Source of the DNA: Octopus sinensis
Taxonomy: Eukaryota
DNA length: 64,000 nucleotides
Direction of reading: 5' to 3'
Assembly (NCBI RefSeq): GCF_006345805.1
Contig: NC_043020.1
Span: forward strand, 3,348,001-3,412,000
A model generated the notes under the pieces. It was given only the letters and a program-made list of their open reading frames with translations. It did no database searches and was not told the DNA's origin. The position numbers and the translations under genes were made by a program. Of this stretch, positions 1 to 13,100 are shown one piece after another (position 1 is the first letter of the stretch; the number at the start of each line of letters is the position of its first letter).

Positions 1-653
1 AGTCAGAATACTAGTTTAAGTGTTGAAAAAATTTGTAGAATTCTTCTTGTGCTGAGAGTTCTGTAAAATTAGCACCACTGTAGAAACATTTCAAATATAC
101 TTTTATTTGTGGTATTTTTATAATTCACATGGAATAAAATTTTTGAACAGCTGTGAGGTAGTAACAATTTGATTTCAGAAGATTCTGAGAAACAAATCAG
201 CAAAATTTTTTCATAGCATACAGCAAATGGAATTGTAAATTCTTACACAAAGTAGCTAAACTTTGTTGGTGAGTATTAAGACCCTCCAGCCTTCATCAGG
301 TGTCTTGGGGAAATTTTGAACCTGGGTTCTCATTCTTAAGGTATTTTTCGATGTTATTATTATTATTATTATTTTTTTCCTTCTTTCTTCAAATTTTCTT
401 CCGTTTCTCGCCAAATGTTTTTCCATACACCTAGGGCTCATTGTATGCATTCCCAGATTACACATGCAAATTCACATGTACAATATGTATTTAAAAAATT
501 AATAAATAAATAAATTCATGAATGGATGTTGTTTTCACAGCGATAATGCTCTTCTCAGTACATGAGCTGTTCCAGTTAACACAATTTTTTGCACTTCCTG
601 TAGAGATGGTAAACCTGGTATCATTTTCCGAGTTCAATTCCAGGCAGTGACCG

Positions 654-695
<42 letters not shown>

Positions 696-951
696 CATCT
701 GTCAAATGTAAATAATGTACATAATTCCTCATCTCTTAAATAAAGAACTGTATTCATAGTCCTAATGTTTACTTAATTTTAAAAAAATTTATTCATGTTC
801 AATCCCTGACGCGGTAAGTTTCCATTAAAGGTTAGTCACAAGATTTTTTTATACACTTTTATGTTGTTTCCTGTCTCGGATATTTTCTATTTTTTCTTTT
901 CTTTTTTGTGGTCTTTTTCATTGTTTTTTCTTTTTTCTCTTGTCATTACAG

Positions 952-1110
952 GTTCGACTGGAACTGCATAAAAGTGACCGAGACTGCCAGAAATTACAAG
1001 ATTATGCCAATATCTTACTACAGAGGGTCGGAGCTTCCTACCCAGAATTATTAGACAATTTTGTTTCCATGATGGAATCATCTGATACGGAGAGTTGTCA
1101 AAGCACGTGA
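952..1110 (+). CDS. ERC1: Terminal coding exon of an ELKS/Rab6-interacting/CAST (ERC1-like) protein, FIP-RBD-type C-terminus; upstream exons lie outside the window
   Basis: Pyrimidine tract + ACAG acceptor at 950-951, then the open frame VRLELHKSDRDCQKLQDYANILLQRVGASYPELLDNFVSMMESSDTESCQST*. From memory this aligns with the human ERC1a C-terminus (QDELEKGERDNAELQEFANAILQQIADHCPDILEQVVNALEESS). Absent from the ORF track because it has no ATG. Confidence 0.8.
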   Translation, partial: VRLELHKSDRDCQKLQDYANILLQRVGASYPELLDNFVSMMESSDTESCQST

Positions 1111-1728
1111 CACATGCAGGCACACACACATGCACACGTACAAATACGGGCATGCACATACACACAAATACACACCCACAGACCTCTCACAGCCCTCCCC
1201 CTCCACACAGTTATTATTATCATCATATAGTGTGATCGCCGGGGAAGGGGATGCTCTCCATCTCTGTTCTTCTCCCTCTCCCCTCTCTCTCTCTCTTTCT
1301 CTCCCTCCCTCATCTGTTGAGATGGGTCCTGCATTCACATTTTAATACATCTTTCTTTTTTCTTTACATTGAAGCTGAGTATATATATGTTTGAAAGTAT
1401 GTATATATGTATATTTACATTTATATGTGTGTGTGTATATATATATATATATGTATGTATGTATGAATGTATGCGGAGCTTTCAACTGGTAGCACCCGTA
1501 TGTACAAATTGTTTGCGAAACATCTAAGTATAGATGGGTTTTTTTCTCTCCTTGTTTTTTCTGTGTCCCTTTCTGTAGAAGAGCGTAGGCTCGAAACGTA
1601 AAAGTCTTTTTCTATTCCTGAGCGTTATTCTAATACATCTGTTTGTTTGTTACACTACCTGTCTTTGTCTTTTGTTTTTTTCGTAACCTCTCCCTATATA
1701 TATATATGTGTGTGTGTGTGTTTAAATA

Positions 1729-1760
<32 letters not shown>

Positions 1761-2245
1761 ATAATAATAATGTTCATCCGTTGTGGACGATGACCAGAGA
1801 CATGACATGGGAGAAGAAGGCGGGACACATTACGTCTGGTTGTGGCTGATCAGGTGGATGTAAGCTCAGAAGGGGTTCTGCTGCAGGTCAGGCATTGGTG
1901 GTCAGCTGGGAATTAAGGCAAAGACTTGGCCCTGGACCTGCACCGCTCATGGCTTCTTTGTGCTCCTGCAGTCCTGCACCACTGTTTCCATAGCTGCACC
2001 AGACACAGCAGTCCTGTCGAGGGATCGCGGGTTCATATCTCAGACCGTATGTATATATGTATGGGTGGATGGATGGATGCATGCATGTATGCAAAGTATG
2101 TATGTATGCGTGCATGTCATGCATGTATGGATATGTGGCTATGAACAATTGCACATGCATGCATGCTTACACACACACACACACACATGCATGCAGACAT
2201 ATACATATATACCTAATAAATGTTTACATATATGCTTGTATTGAA

Positions 2246-2471
2246 GGCGAGCTGGCAGAATCGTTAGCACGCCGGGCGAAATGCGTAGCCGTATTTCGTC
2301 TGCCGTTACGTTCTGAGTTCAAATTCCGACGAGGTTGATTTTGCCTTTCATCCTTTCGGGGTCGATAAATTAAGTACCAGTTACGCACTGGGATCGATGT
2401 AATCGACATAATCCCTTTGTCTGTCCTTGTTTGTGCCCTCTGTGTTTAGCCCCTTGTGGGTAGTAAAGAAA
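2246..2471 (+). mobile_element. tRNA-head SINE with Meta-type central domain; more than 20 copies in the window (e.g. 2799-3033, 10265-10680, 22803-23240, 27480-27710, 31375-31920, 39040-39680, 57945-58140)
   Basis: TTTGCCTTTCATCCTTTCGGGGTCGATAAATTAAGTACCAG core. ~17-bp TSD ATATGCTTGTATTGAA at this copy; 15-bp TSD TCATGAGCCAAATAC at 2799-3033. Confidence 0.88.
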
Positions 2472-3837
2472 TATATATGCTTGTATTGAAATATGAATAT
2501 ATGAGATTTGAAAGTTTATATGAAGCCAGTAAAACATCTGTCAATCAACAGAACAACCTGAAATTAACATGAAGTTAATGTGCAAGCGACTGAGCACTCC
2601 ACTGGCACATGTGCCGCTCTTAACATAGGAGATTCAGCATAACACAGAATGTGACAAGGCTGGTCCCTTTGAATTACTGGTACAACTCATTTTTGCCAAC
2701 TGAATGGACTGGAGTATCATGAAATAAAGTGTCTTGCTCAAGGACACAATGCACTGCTCAGTATTGAACTCATGACCCTAGGATCATGAGCCAAATACGT
2801 ATTTCTTTACTACCCACAAGGGGCTAAACACAGAGGGGACAAACAAGGACAGACAAATGGATTAAGTTGATTATATTGACCCCAGTGTGTAACTGGTACT
2901 TATTTAATCAACCCTGAAAGGATGAAAGGCAAAGTCGACCTCGGCGGAATTTGAACTCAGAACGTAACGGCAGACAAAATACCACTAAGCATTTTGTCCA
3001 GTGTGCTAACATTTCTGCCAGCTCACCTCCTTATCATGAGCCAAATACCGTAACCACTAAGCCGTGTACCTTCACCAGTAAAGGTAATAATTGTTGGGTG
3101 CAAATCAAAGATGTTTTGATGTTTAAGTTTAAGGCTAAGAAATATTTATAAATTTTGGTTTTGAGAAGAAAATTAGATTTGAAAATTCATGATTAGTAGA
3201 GTTTAGTAAAGTAAAATACCAGTAAATACTGTGGCTCAGTAAAATTGATTTGTATAATTGATGGAAGATGCTCAGATTAAAAATCAGTTGATGGCCGGAG
3301 AGTTTTGTTTATGGTATGTGTATGTGTGTGCATGTATGTATGTGTAAACTTGTACATATATATATGTATCATCATCATCATTGTTTAACATCCATTTTGC
3401 ATGTTCGCATGGTTTGGACGGTTTGATAGGAGTTGGCGAGTGAAAGAACTGCTCCAAGCTCCATTGCCTCTTTTGGCATGGTTTTTTTTTCTTACATATA
3501 TACATGCATTCGTATGTATATACACACACACAACTATATGTATGGTATGAATGAAGATTATCCCCATAATGTCCTTGTGAAAGAAAGTATTAATGTCACA
3601 CCATCTCATTTATCCACTTCCTCCTCTTCCTCCTCCTCCCCTTTCTCTTCCTCCTCCTCCCCTTTCTCCTCCTCCTCCTTCTGCTCCTATAAACCTGCCA
3701 ATTCATTTTAAACCCGCTCTAGTTGCTACAGCAGCAACATTACCACCACTAATGTTACCATTGCCAGCCACACCCACAGCAGACTTCCATCCAAATGACC
3801 GCCCCACCCCACCCCCATCAACACCACCACCACCACC

Positions 3838-3871
<34 letters not shown>

Positions 3872-4206
3872 TTATATACAACATCAACACTGGTCCTATG
3901 TCTTCACAGTTTTCTTATCTTCTGGTAACCTTACTTCCGTTTCACAGTTTTCCGTTGATGGCTGGGTTTTTGTTTCTTGTCATCATCGTCATCATCATCA
4001 TCATCATCATCATCGTTTAGCGTCCGCTTTCCGATGATGATGAAGATTATCTCCATCATCATTATTTCTCTTACTGTTCTCGCTAACTGCACACACACAT
4101 CTATTGACGTACCTATCTACCTACCTGTCTGTCAATCTATCTATCTACCTACCTACCTGTCTATATATCTATCTACCTACCTATCTATCTATCTATCTAT
4201 CTATCT

Positions 4207-4257
<51 letters not shown>

Positions 4258-5547
4258 ATCTATCTATCTGTCTGCCTGTCTATCTATCTATCTAGCTATC
4301 TACCTACCTGTCTGTCTGTCTATCTATCTATCTGTCTGTCTGTCTGTCTGTCAGTTTGTCTGTCTGTATGTGTGTTCTTTTCTGGTTTTAATTATTTAAA
4401 TTCTTCCTTTGAAGAAGGGGCTGGTTTCTAACAAAGATACAAAGCTCCATCGCTGGAAAATAGATAATGAAAACAACGTCACATTTTAAACTTAAGAAAA
4501 GTCTTGCATACTTTTACTGTTCCACTTATAGATTGTATCCGTAATGGGCAAGTCAGTCAGTTGATTTCTTTCTCTGGAAATCCAAGCTTATATGTGTGTG
4601 TGTGTGTGTGTGTGTGTATGCAGTCTAATGATGTGAGCTACATATATTTTATATACAAACACATATGCACATACGTTGGTGTGTATGTTTGTGTGTACAT
4701 GCATGTGTATTGTCCCTGATAAAATAGCAATTGTCCTGGGGCTGACATATTCAGGAAAACTTTATTAACCCACCGATCAGAACTATCAAAATCCCCTTTT
4801 AAGGTTCTCTCCTAATTACTTACAACATACACACATCTATAAAATCGGGAACAAAACTAACATCTGTTTGATTATACATTTTATATTATTGAAATTAAAA
4901 TTATTTATTGTTTTTATCTTTAGTCTTTTTAATTTATATATATATATTTTTTTTTTGTGATATTTACTTAAGGGAGGATTAACAGTACCCATGACCTTTT
5001 TCAAGCCCTCTTTCTTAAATGAGAGTCATGTGATTCATGTCTAGTTTGATGATATAATCCATATAGCAGAGACAAACTATAGATTAAATAGAAATAAATA
5101 GAAAAAAAAATGGGCTTTAAAAAAATTATACTTCAAAACTGTCCAGTTTTATGGTTGGCAGAGTAACCTCCCCTGGAAATATTTTGGTTGAAAATTGTTT
5201 CAACCCCATGGTAACCTTAAACACATTATTTGTATAGGCACATATGGTAGGAATGAGCATTAGAACTATTTACAAAAGCAATATATATATGTACTGCTGC
5301 TTGAGTCATCTGAAACCATAAGTCAGGGAGAAGATGTTAGTAGAGTGAGTAAATTGTCTGAATTTTATAGTGTTAATTATCCATCACAGCTGGTCATACC
5401 AATTGGTTTTGTGTGAAATTATATAATGGAGTGTTAGGCAAGAAACCAGTTATATAATGTACACTCGTCAGAGATAGCCAATATGGAAAGGGAAATGGTG
5501 ACTGCTCTCCACTGTGGAAAGCAGTTGCCATTTCCCCTTCCATGTCA

Positions 5548-5637
5548 GCTATCTCTGACGAGTGCACATTATATAACTGGTTTCTTGCTTAACACTCCAT
5601 TATGTAACTTCACACGAAACCAATTGGTAAGACAAGC
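5548..5637 (+). ncRNA. Candidate type-I hammerhead ribozyme with long stem II
   Basis: Core CUGACGA (5555-61), stem II GUG/CAC extended by UUAUAUAA/UUAUGUAA, GAAA, 10-nt palindromic stem III ACCAAUUGGU, GUA triplet, weak stem I UCU/AGA. Confidence 0.55.
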
Positions 5638-7617
5638 CGTGATGGATAATTAATACTATAAAATTCAGACAATATATATATATATATATTAGAATGTTAA
5701 TAAGCCATGTTGTACATTTATCTCTTAAACAAACCCCATTGAGATATGATGACTTAATTGTTCAAGGGTTTCAGAGGTATGGCTTGATCCTAGATGCAAA
5801 TTGAAACAGGTAACACATACTTAGTTTTTCAGCTACAAAATAAAGATAATAAAGTGTGTTCTGTGATAAATTAGTTAACATCAGGAAAAAAAAGGGTGGG
5901 GGAATGTCGGTATATGGAAACAGAAAAATAATACCTTCTTTCTATGAAAAGTATGGACATCAAAATAAGTCTGCTATGTAGCATTTTCTTTTTGTCTTGG
6001 TTCTTATCCGTGCAGTTCCGTTATTCTTAAAACTGGGTTTAACCATTTCGTCTTGAGTTCTCCATCATTTAACACATCAAGGTATATCTTCCATCATCAA
6101 TTAACTGTCCCTGTTTTCCACCTGGCATGGAGAGTCTATTCACATTGTTACATATGTAAATCAAGGTGACAAACTGGCAGAACCATAAACACTTCAGACC
6201 AAATTCTTGGCAGTGTTTCTCTTGGCTTTACATTCTGAGGCTGACTTTGTCTTTCATTCTTTCGGGGTTGTTAAACTAAGTACCAGTCGAGCCTGAGGTT
6301 CATGTAGTTAACTATCCCCCTCCCCGTACATTTCAGGCCTTGTACCTATAGTAGAATGAATTATTATGTATGCAAATCACATTCTTCATATTCAACACAT
6401 TCTCCCCCCCCACCACCACCACCACTTCAATAGCGATTCTTCAATTGATCATTATCGATTATCATATTTTCTTCTTCTCTGCTTCCATACATTCTCATAA
6501 CTCTCTGTCACTATGAGAGAGCTTAGTGATCTTATCTGCTGATCTTTTAGGATTCCTCTGCTCGACATCAATGTAAGAAGCACCATTAGCTCAGTGGCGC
6601 TTTTCTGCTACCTCTTCACAATCTGCCATGTTGTAGTCCCATGACTTCCCTGTATCCCTCGCAGGGTGGCTGAATGGGAACTATAATAATAATGAAATTA
6701 TTGTCTACAGTGCTCAGGTGCACCACAACTTGTCAAAAGTGTGTATAAAGTGTATGCAGTAATGTACAAATATCTGGAAAGTGAACAGGGTATGAGTTAG
6801 ATACATGCTTGTGTGTGTAAGGAGGGGAGAAAATCAGATGTAGTGTTGGCGAATCTCAGGAAGCATGGAGGTTTTGAAGGATGCAGTGTTCCGACAACTA
6901 ACAACTGATGCCGGCAGTTTGTTCCATACTTCAGTAACTTTTAGCATGAAAAAATGTTTCCAAAAGTCATGGGAACTATGCTTTGCTAAAGGGCAGCCTG
7001 TAACTGTGCAAGGCACAGCCATCACTCCATGAGGTATTTTCAAATACTTACATACCCGAGGTTTCACATGCCACCTCTTTAATAATTATACTCCAGTTAA
7101 TTAATAGTAATTTTAATTAATTCTCATTGGTTATTGACCCACTCCCTTGAATAACTGTATGTTGCTTTTATAGCAAAACATTTTGAGTTTTTTAATTAGT
7201 ATTTTAGCTTTGATCAAAAAGTTCTGAATGTCTTTGAGGGATGATCAAAAGTCCATGGAGCATGGATCTATAATCTGTTGCTATTCAGACACAATTCAAT
7301 TCTCTGCTATCTCTTCAAAATAGCCTCTTAGTATATTTCTGTATTAATAACCATGGTTGTGACAATATATATACACAGATATATTTTACCACATGCATGT
7401 ACACACACAGTTTTATGAAAACATATGTAGAAATATATATATATTTGCTGTGGTGGATGTGTGTGGATGTGTATGCATGTGTATATTTGTTTTATGTGTG
7501 ATTTATACACACACACACACACACATGGAGGCAATTGTATGGATAAACAATTTAGATACATAAAACATTAAATATATATTATATATATGTGTATGTGCTT
7601 GCCTCTATGTGTGTGTA

Positions 7618-7657
<40 letters not shown>

Positions 7658-9489
7658 TGCACGTGTGTGTGTGTGCATGTATCATATATTAAATATTCAT
7701 ATATCAAAATTTGGGTATTTATTATTTTACAATATTATTTAATTTGGCTGTGATATTTGCTTTGAAATGGAAACAGAGGAAGATGGAAGATAATTCCAAT
7801 ATTAAGGGATATTAAAAAAAAAAGAAAACCAAACATGTTTCCCAATTTGTTTCTTGTGTGTGTGTGTGCACGCACGTGCGTGTGGATGTGGTCAGAATCT
7901 GGTGGCACTTTTATTGAAACCTCTGCAAGCTTTTGAAGACTTTTTGAAAGATATTGTGGAATTCTGCCTTTTAATATAACATTTTTGAACAGCCCTGTCA
8001 TTGCTAATGACTTGGTCTCCAATTAGGAGTTCAGAAGAAGACTATATTTGTGCAGTTACCCACTGGCTTCTGTCAGTTCACAGAACAATTAAACTATGTC
8101 CCATCAGCCAATGAAACACTCATTTATTCAATGCTGCCTTTATCTATTCACTGCGGTCTGTATTTATTCAATGCTGAATCTATTTATTCAGTGTTGCTCA
8201 CTTTCCCTAATCACAGCTGTGTCTACTACTTCATGGTTCCTGTTTACAGCCTAGTGAACTGAGCCTACCTACAGTAATTTAGGTATTTTCTCCTTGGAAA
8301 AAGCATAGTACTGTAATAGGATTTGGAGTTTTGACTTATTAATCATTAGTCAGAGTCATTTAATCATGTCACTCATTGTCATTTAGTTATATAATTGATG
8401 TTGTTAAATTTGGACAGGAAAAAAACTGTTTTGAATGTTAATCAATTATTTTTTTAATTAATATATCATCATTACCTCCTCCTCCTTCTCTTTCTCCTCT
8501 TTCTCCTTTAACCATTGTTTGAGAAATTCATCCGGTGTTTCTTGCATTTAAAAGAATTAGGTGCATCATGGAAGAATATGAATAAAAAAGATGGTTAAAC
8601 AAATGTGAGAATGTCGTCCTGGTAACATTCTCAGACCATTGTTGTGTTATTTGCTGGACTGTATCCCTATGTGCTAATATAATAACCAGCTAATTGCATG
8701 CAATGTTCAGGTGCACTACGACTTGTCAGAAAAAGAGTCAAGGAAGTTAGCAATAATAATGAAAAATGCAGGCATAGTACACAGGATAAAATGCTAAAGG
8801 ACAGAAAAATGAATGGTAAAAGAGCCGTAATGATAAAAAAGGTGCATAGACACAAGAGGTGTAGTGTTTGTAAATTTTGGGAAACATGGAATTCTGTGAA
8901 GGATCCAATATCCTGATAGCTAACAACCAATATTAATAGTTTGTTTCATTGCTTTAACAATTCTGAGTATGAAGAAATGTTTTTGAAAGTCATGGGTGCT
9001 GCACTGGGTTTTGATTTTATAAACATGTTCATCAGTGGATCTTTCTATGTTAAAAGGAAAGTCATATTGGATAAGTTAGTCCTAAATAGACTATGCCAGG
9101 AAACAAGATGTGATGGGCACAGCTGAGATGTCTTTGATTGTGGGCATGGTCAATCAAAGTTGAGGTTAAACAACAATTGCCAGCAAAGGCTATGGTTTTG
9201 TTCCGGTTTGTCTTTGATAAGGTTTCAGTCCTTCATCTGTAAATAAGTCTCATAGGGTAACACAGCAGTTTTCTGAAACCAACAAGATTATCAGTGTATA
9301 AATCTGGGGAAAGTATCTGTGATATAGACTAGCACCTTATCCAGTGAAGGGCTGGAGAGATGTTCTCATCTTTATACAATGCAAACTGATTTAAGTATCC
9401 TAAATGTGACTCATTGGCATCAAGTTAAAGCAATTCATGCTATGCATCTTTATTGTAAACATACACTAACAGACTTTTTCAAAAACCAG

Positions 9490-9523
<34 letters not shown>

Positions 9524-10949
9524 CTTTAAAATCCACTTTTCCATAGTCACATGGGTTGGACAGAATTTGTTGAGGCAGATTTTGCACATCTGTAAACCCT
9601 TCATGTTGTCAACCCTTGCCTGCTTCCAGGCAAGGTAATATTTTCCTGTGACCAGCCGTGTCTTGGAAGATTGGTAATGAAGGACAGTGCTTACATGATA
9701 GTGACACTTACTTACAACTATCACATGACGTCAAGGCAAGGAGACAATAATACACCCACTCATGTACAATAGGCTTCTCTCAGTTTCCATCCACCAAATC
9801 CACTAGTAAAGCTTTACTCAGCCCAAGGCTATAGAAGAAGACCCCTGTCCAAAGTGCCACACAATGGGACAATTGAACAACCAATCAACTATTTCTCACC
9901 CTCAACATGTGATGGAGAACAGTGAGAAAAATATAAAAACAAAATTCTGTGATTTGGATAAATTGTTAAGATTATGTCTTTAATGATATCTACCTCTTCT
10001 AAATGAAAAATCATAAAAGAAAGAGTATGGTCCCTGTCCCTGTAAGCCATTAGGTCATGGATAGCCACAGACAGGATTGAATAAATATTTTACCATATTT
10101 TTTGTTTATTTTATCATATTTTATCATAGGGTGCCAGAAGCTCATTTTGCAACCCCATGGTTTCAGGTTCCGACCCACAGTTAATGCTGCTCTGTAGTAG
10201 CCTGATGGGTGCCTGGCATCTTTTATAGTGAAACTGAGCAGGGTTGGTGGTATTGACAGTAGCTGGATAAAGGCGGCAAGCTGGCAGAAACGTCAGCATG
10301 CCGGATGAAACGCTTAGCCGTATTTCATCTGCTACTACGTTCTGAGTTCAAATTCCGCTGAGGTCAACTTTGCCTTTCATCCTTTCGGGGTCGATAAATT
10401 AAGTACCAGTTACGCACTGGGGTTGATGTATTCGACTTAATACGTTTGTCCGTCCTTGTTTGTCTCCTCTGTGTTTAGCCCCTTGTGGGTAGTAAAGAAA
10501 TAGGTATTTTGCCTGCCGTTACGTTCTGAGTTCAAATTCCGCCGAGGTCGACTTTGCCTTTCATCCTTTCGGGATCGATAAATTAAGTACCAGTTATGCA
10601 CTGGGGTCGATATAATCGACTTAATCCGTTTGTCTGTCCCCTCTGTGTTTAGCCCCTTGTGGGTAGTAAAGAAATAGGTATTGATAGCAGAGAGATGGGG
10701 GAGAAAGTGACAGGGGACAATCACTGGTGTTTAGTAGGATTAAGGAGAGCAAAGGTTCATAGAAGTGGCAAGGAAATAGAAACAGAAGAGATGGGAGATA
10801 CAACATGGCGAAGAAATGTAACTCACATTGCCTTATCTAAATTACCAAGTTCTGTACAGAACGTGTGAAGGAAAACTGAGTAAATTATGAAATGCTGTGA
10901 TTTTGATAAATTGTTGGGGTTTGTGTTTTATATTTGTCTTCTTCTAAAT

Positions 10950-11285
10950 CAGTGGATTTCAGCCAGGGTCCATATGGCCCCTGAAGATTCAGATAAGATT
11001 TTTGGGAGTTCACACAACAAAATATTAAATTGGGGGTCTACAATAGTATTTTAAGGGCCCCTGAAAAAATGTTGCTTTAGATGTATGTATTGGTATGAAT
11101 CGCAAGTTAAGCTTCTTCCTCTAACATTTTACATCGTTCAACCTACACAAATTAATGGGTGAAAAACAAAAGAGGAATCTTGAAAGAAGTTTCTATAAAA
11201 CCAGTTCTTAAACACAGAATGGCTATGAGCATCCACCAGAATAAAATATTTATCAAAGGGGTCCATAAATGGTTGAGAACCCCTG
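10950..11285. mobile_element. hAT/Charlie-type MITE; similar elements at 33750-33905 and 41965-42148
   Basis: CAGTGGATTTCAGCC / GGTTGAGAACCCCTG ends. 8-bp TSD TTCTAAAT/GTCTAAAT. Confidence 0.8.
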
Positions 11286-12805
11286 GTCTAAATGACAAAT
11301 CACAGGATAGGTATCCATGAATGAGTAGCATTTAGCAGTTGCCACAGGGTGTGTTTTGATGCTAAACCTATGACTCTAGTATAAACAGGAACCACCCTAA
11401 ATTTCGGCTATTCCAATACGTAATGTAACTCCACCCTTAACCCCTTAACTTTTTTTTTTGGGTTTCCAAGTGTGTTTGTGCATTTGAAAAACATTACAAC
11501 CATATTATTGTTATTAAACTTCAACAACAAAAAATTACAATGACAATTTACCATAATTGGTGGATGTATGGTATAACCCACCCCTAGTGCCTAATCCCAA
11601 GAAATCAATATGTAAGGTTCCCCCCACCTCTCTCTCTCCCTCTCTCTCACTTCCTATCTCTCTCTTTAAAACTCCCATTCAATCCACAGGCAATAAAATA
11701 TGTACCAGTAATGTATTGCAGAATCAGCTTTCTACCTCATTCGTAATAAAATCATTATTTTCTGGACTGTGTAGCAGAATCAGTAGAGTGTCAAGCAAAA
11801 TACCTGTCTTGCAGCATTTGGTTATGATCCTTCATGATCTGAGTTCAAATCCTCATGAGGTTGACTTTGCCTTTCATCCTTCCAGGAATTCATTAAATAA
11901 AGTAGCAGTCAAATCCTGGGGTTGATTTAATCATCTCTAGATTCTCCTCACAAATTTCTGGCCATATGCTGACGTTAGAAATCAGTATTTATACTCACCA
12001 CTTTATAAGTGGTGTTTTCAAATCCAAGTAGGCTTCTCTAATCTCCCTCTGCCCCTGCTCCCACCCCCACACAATGTTTGGTAAAAAAAAAATGAAAAAT
12101 TACAGAAATACACAAAAATCTCAAATATATCCATTACTTCCTCGGAAAAAAGTAAAAAAAAAAAGAAAAAAGAAAAGAAAATATTGGCTTTATGCCTCCA
12201 GTCCAGGAGAAATCATTATATGACTATAAGTTAATAATTCATGGCCCATCCAAAACCAAAAATCCAAATTTTCACTGATATTACCATCACATTTTCCATG
12301 AAATTTTTTCTATCTTCCCATTATTCTGAAGAACCATTAATAACTGTGTTTGAAAAATTTATGCTCCCTGCTAAAAAAAAAAAAAAAAAGTGATCCGTAT
12401 TAATTCACTCATCTTCATCTCTCCTACATGACAGAAGATTTCAGCATGGACAAAATTCTGTCTTATATGAAGAAGAAAAAAAAATCTACAAGACAGATAA
12501 ACAAACAAAAAAAAAAGTATTTCTACCTGAACAAATTTGCCATTCAAAATATTTTTTACAAAAACCTTTTTCTGTCCATTTCATTATTTTTTGAAATTTT
12601 CACACAAATCAAATGTTACTATATTATTTATTTATTTTATTAATTTATTCTATTAATTTATTTTATTATTTATTTTAATGAACAGAAGAAAAAAAGAAAC
12701 AAAAAAGAACAAAAACTATAATTATTCCAACTTTATTGCCTTGTTTATTCTTTAAAAATGAAGGAAAGGAAAAGAAACGTTTATGATTCTCAATTCATTT
12801 TGTTT

Positions 12806-12806
<1 letters not shown>

Positions 12807-12872
<66 letters not shown>

Positions 12873-12992
12873 ATATATAGTGTATATATATATATGTATA
12901 TATATATGTATATATATATATATATATGTATGTATATATATATGTGTATATATATGTGTATATATATATATATGTATATATATATGTATATA

Positions 12993-13035
<43 letters not shown>

Positions 13036-13100
13036 TTATATGTATGTATGAATATGTACGTGTGTGTATGTGTATATATGTGTGTGTGTGTGTGTGTGTG
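12807..13100. repeat. Compound (TA)n/(TATG)n/(TG)n microsatellite, representative of many (21190-21450, 47140-47445, 47910-48165, 61385-61590); also (CTAT)n at 4110-4370, (AAT)n, (CAT)n
   Basis: Direct observation. These arrays generate most YI/CV/TH ORFs in the track. Confidence 0.97.

Noticed and set aside
3433-4399. Poly-Pro/His/Ser and LSIY ORFs
   Set aside because: Arise from (CCT)n, (CCA)n, (CAT)n and (CTAT)n arrays; no splice or domain support.
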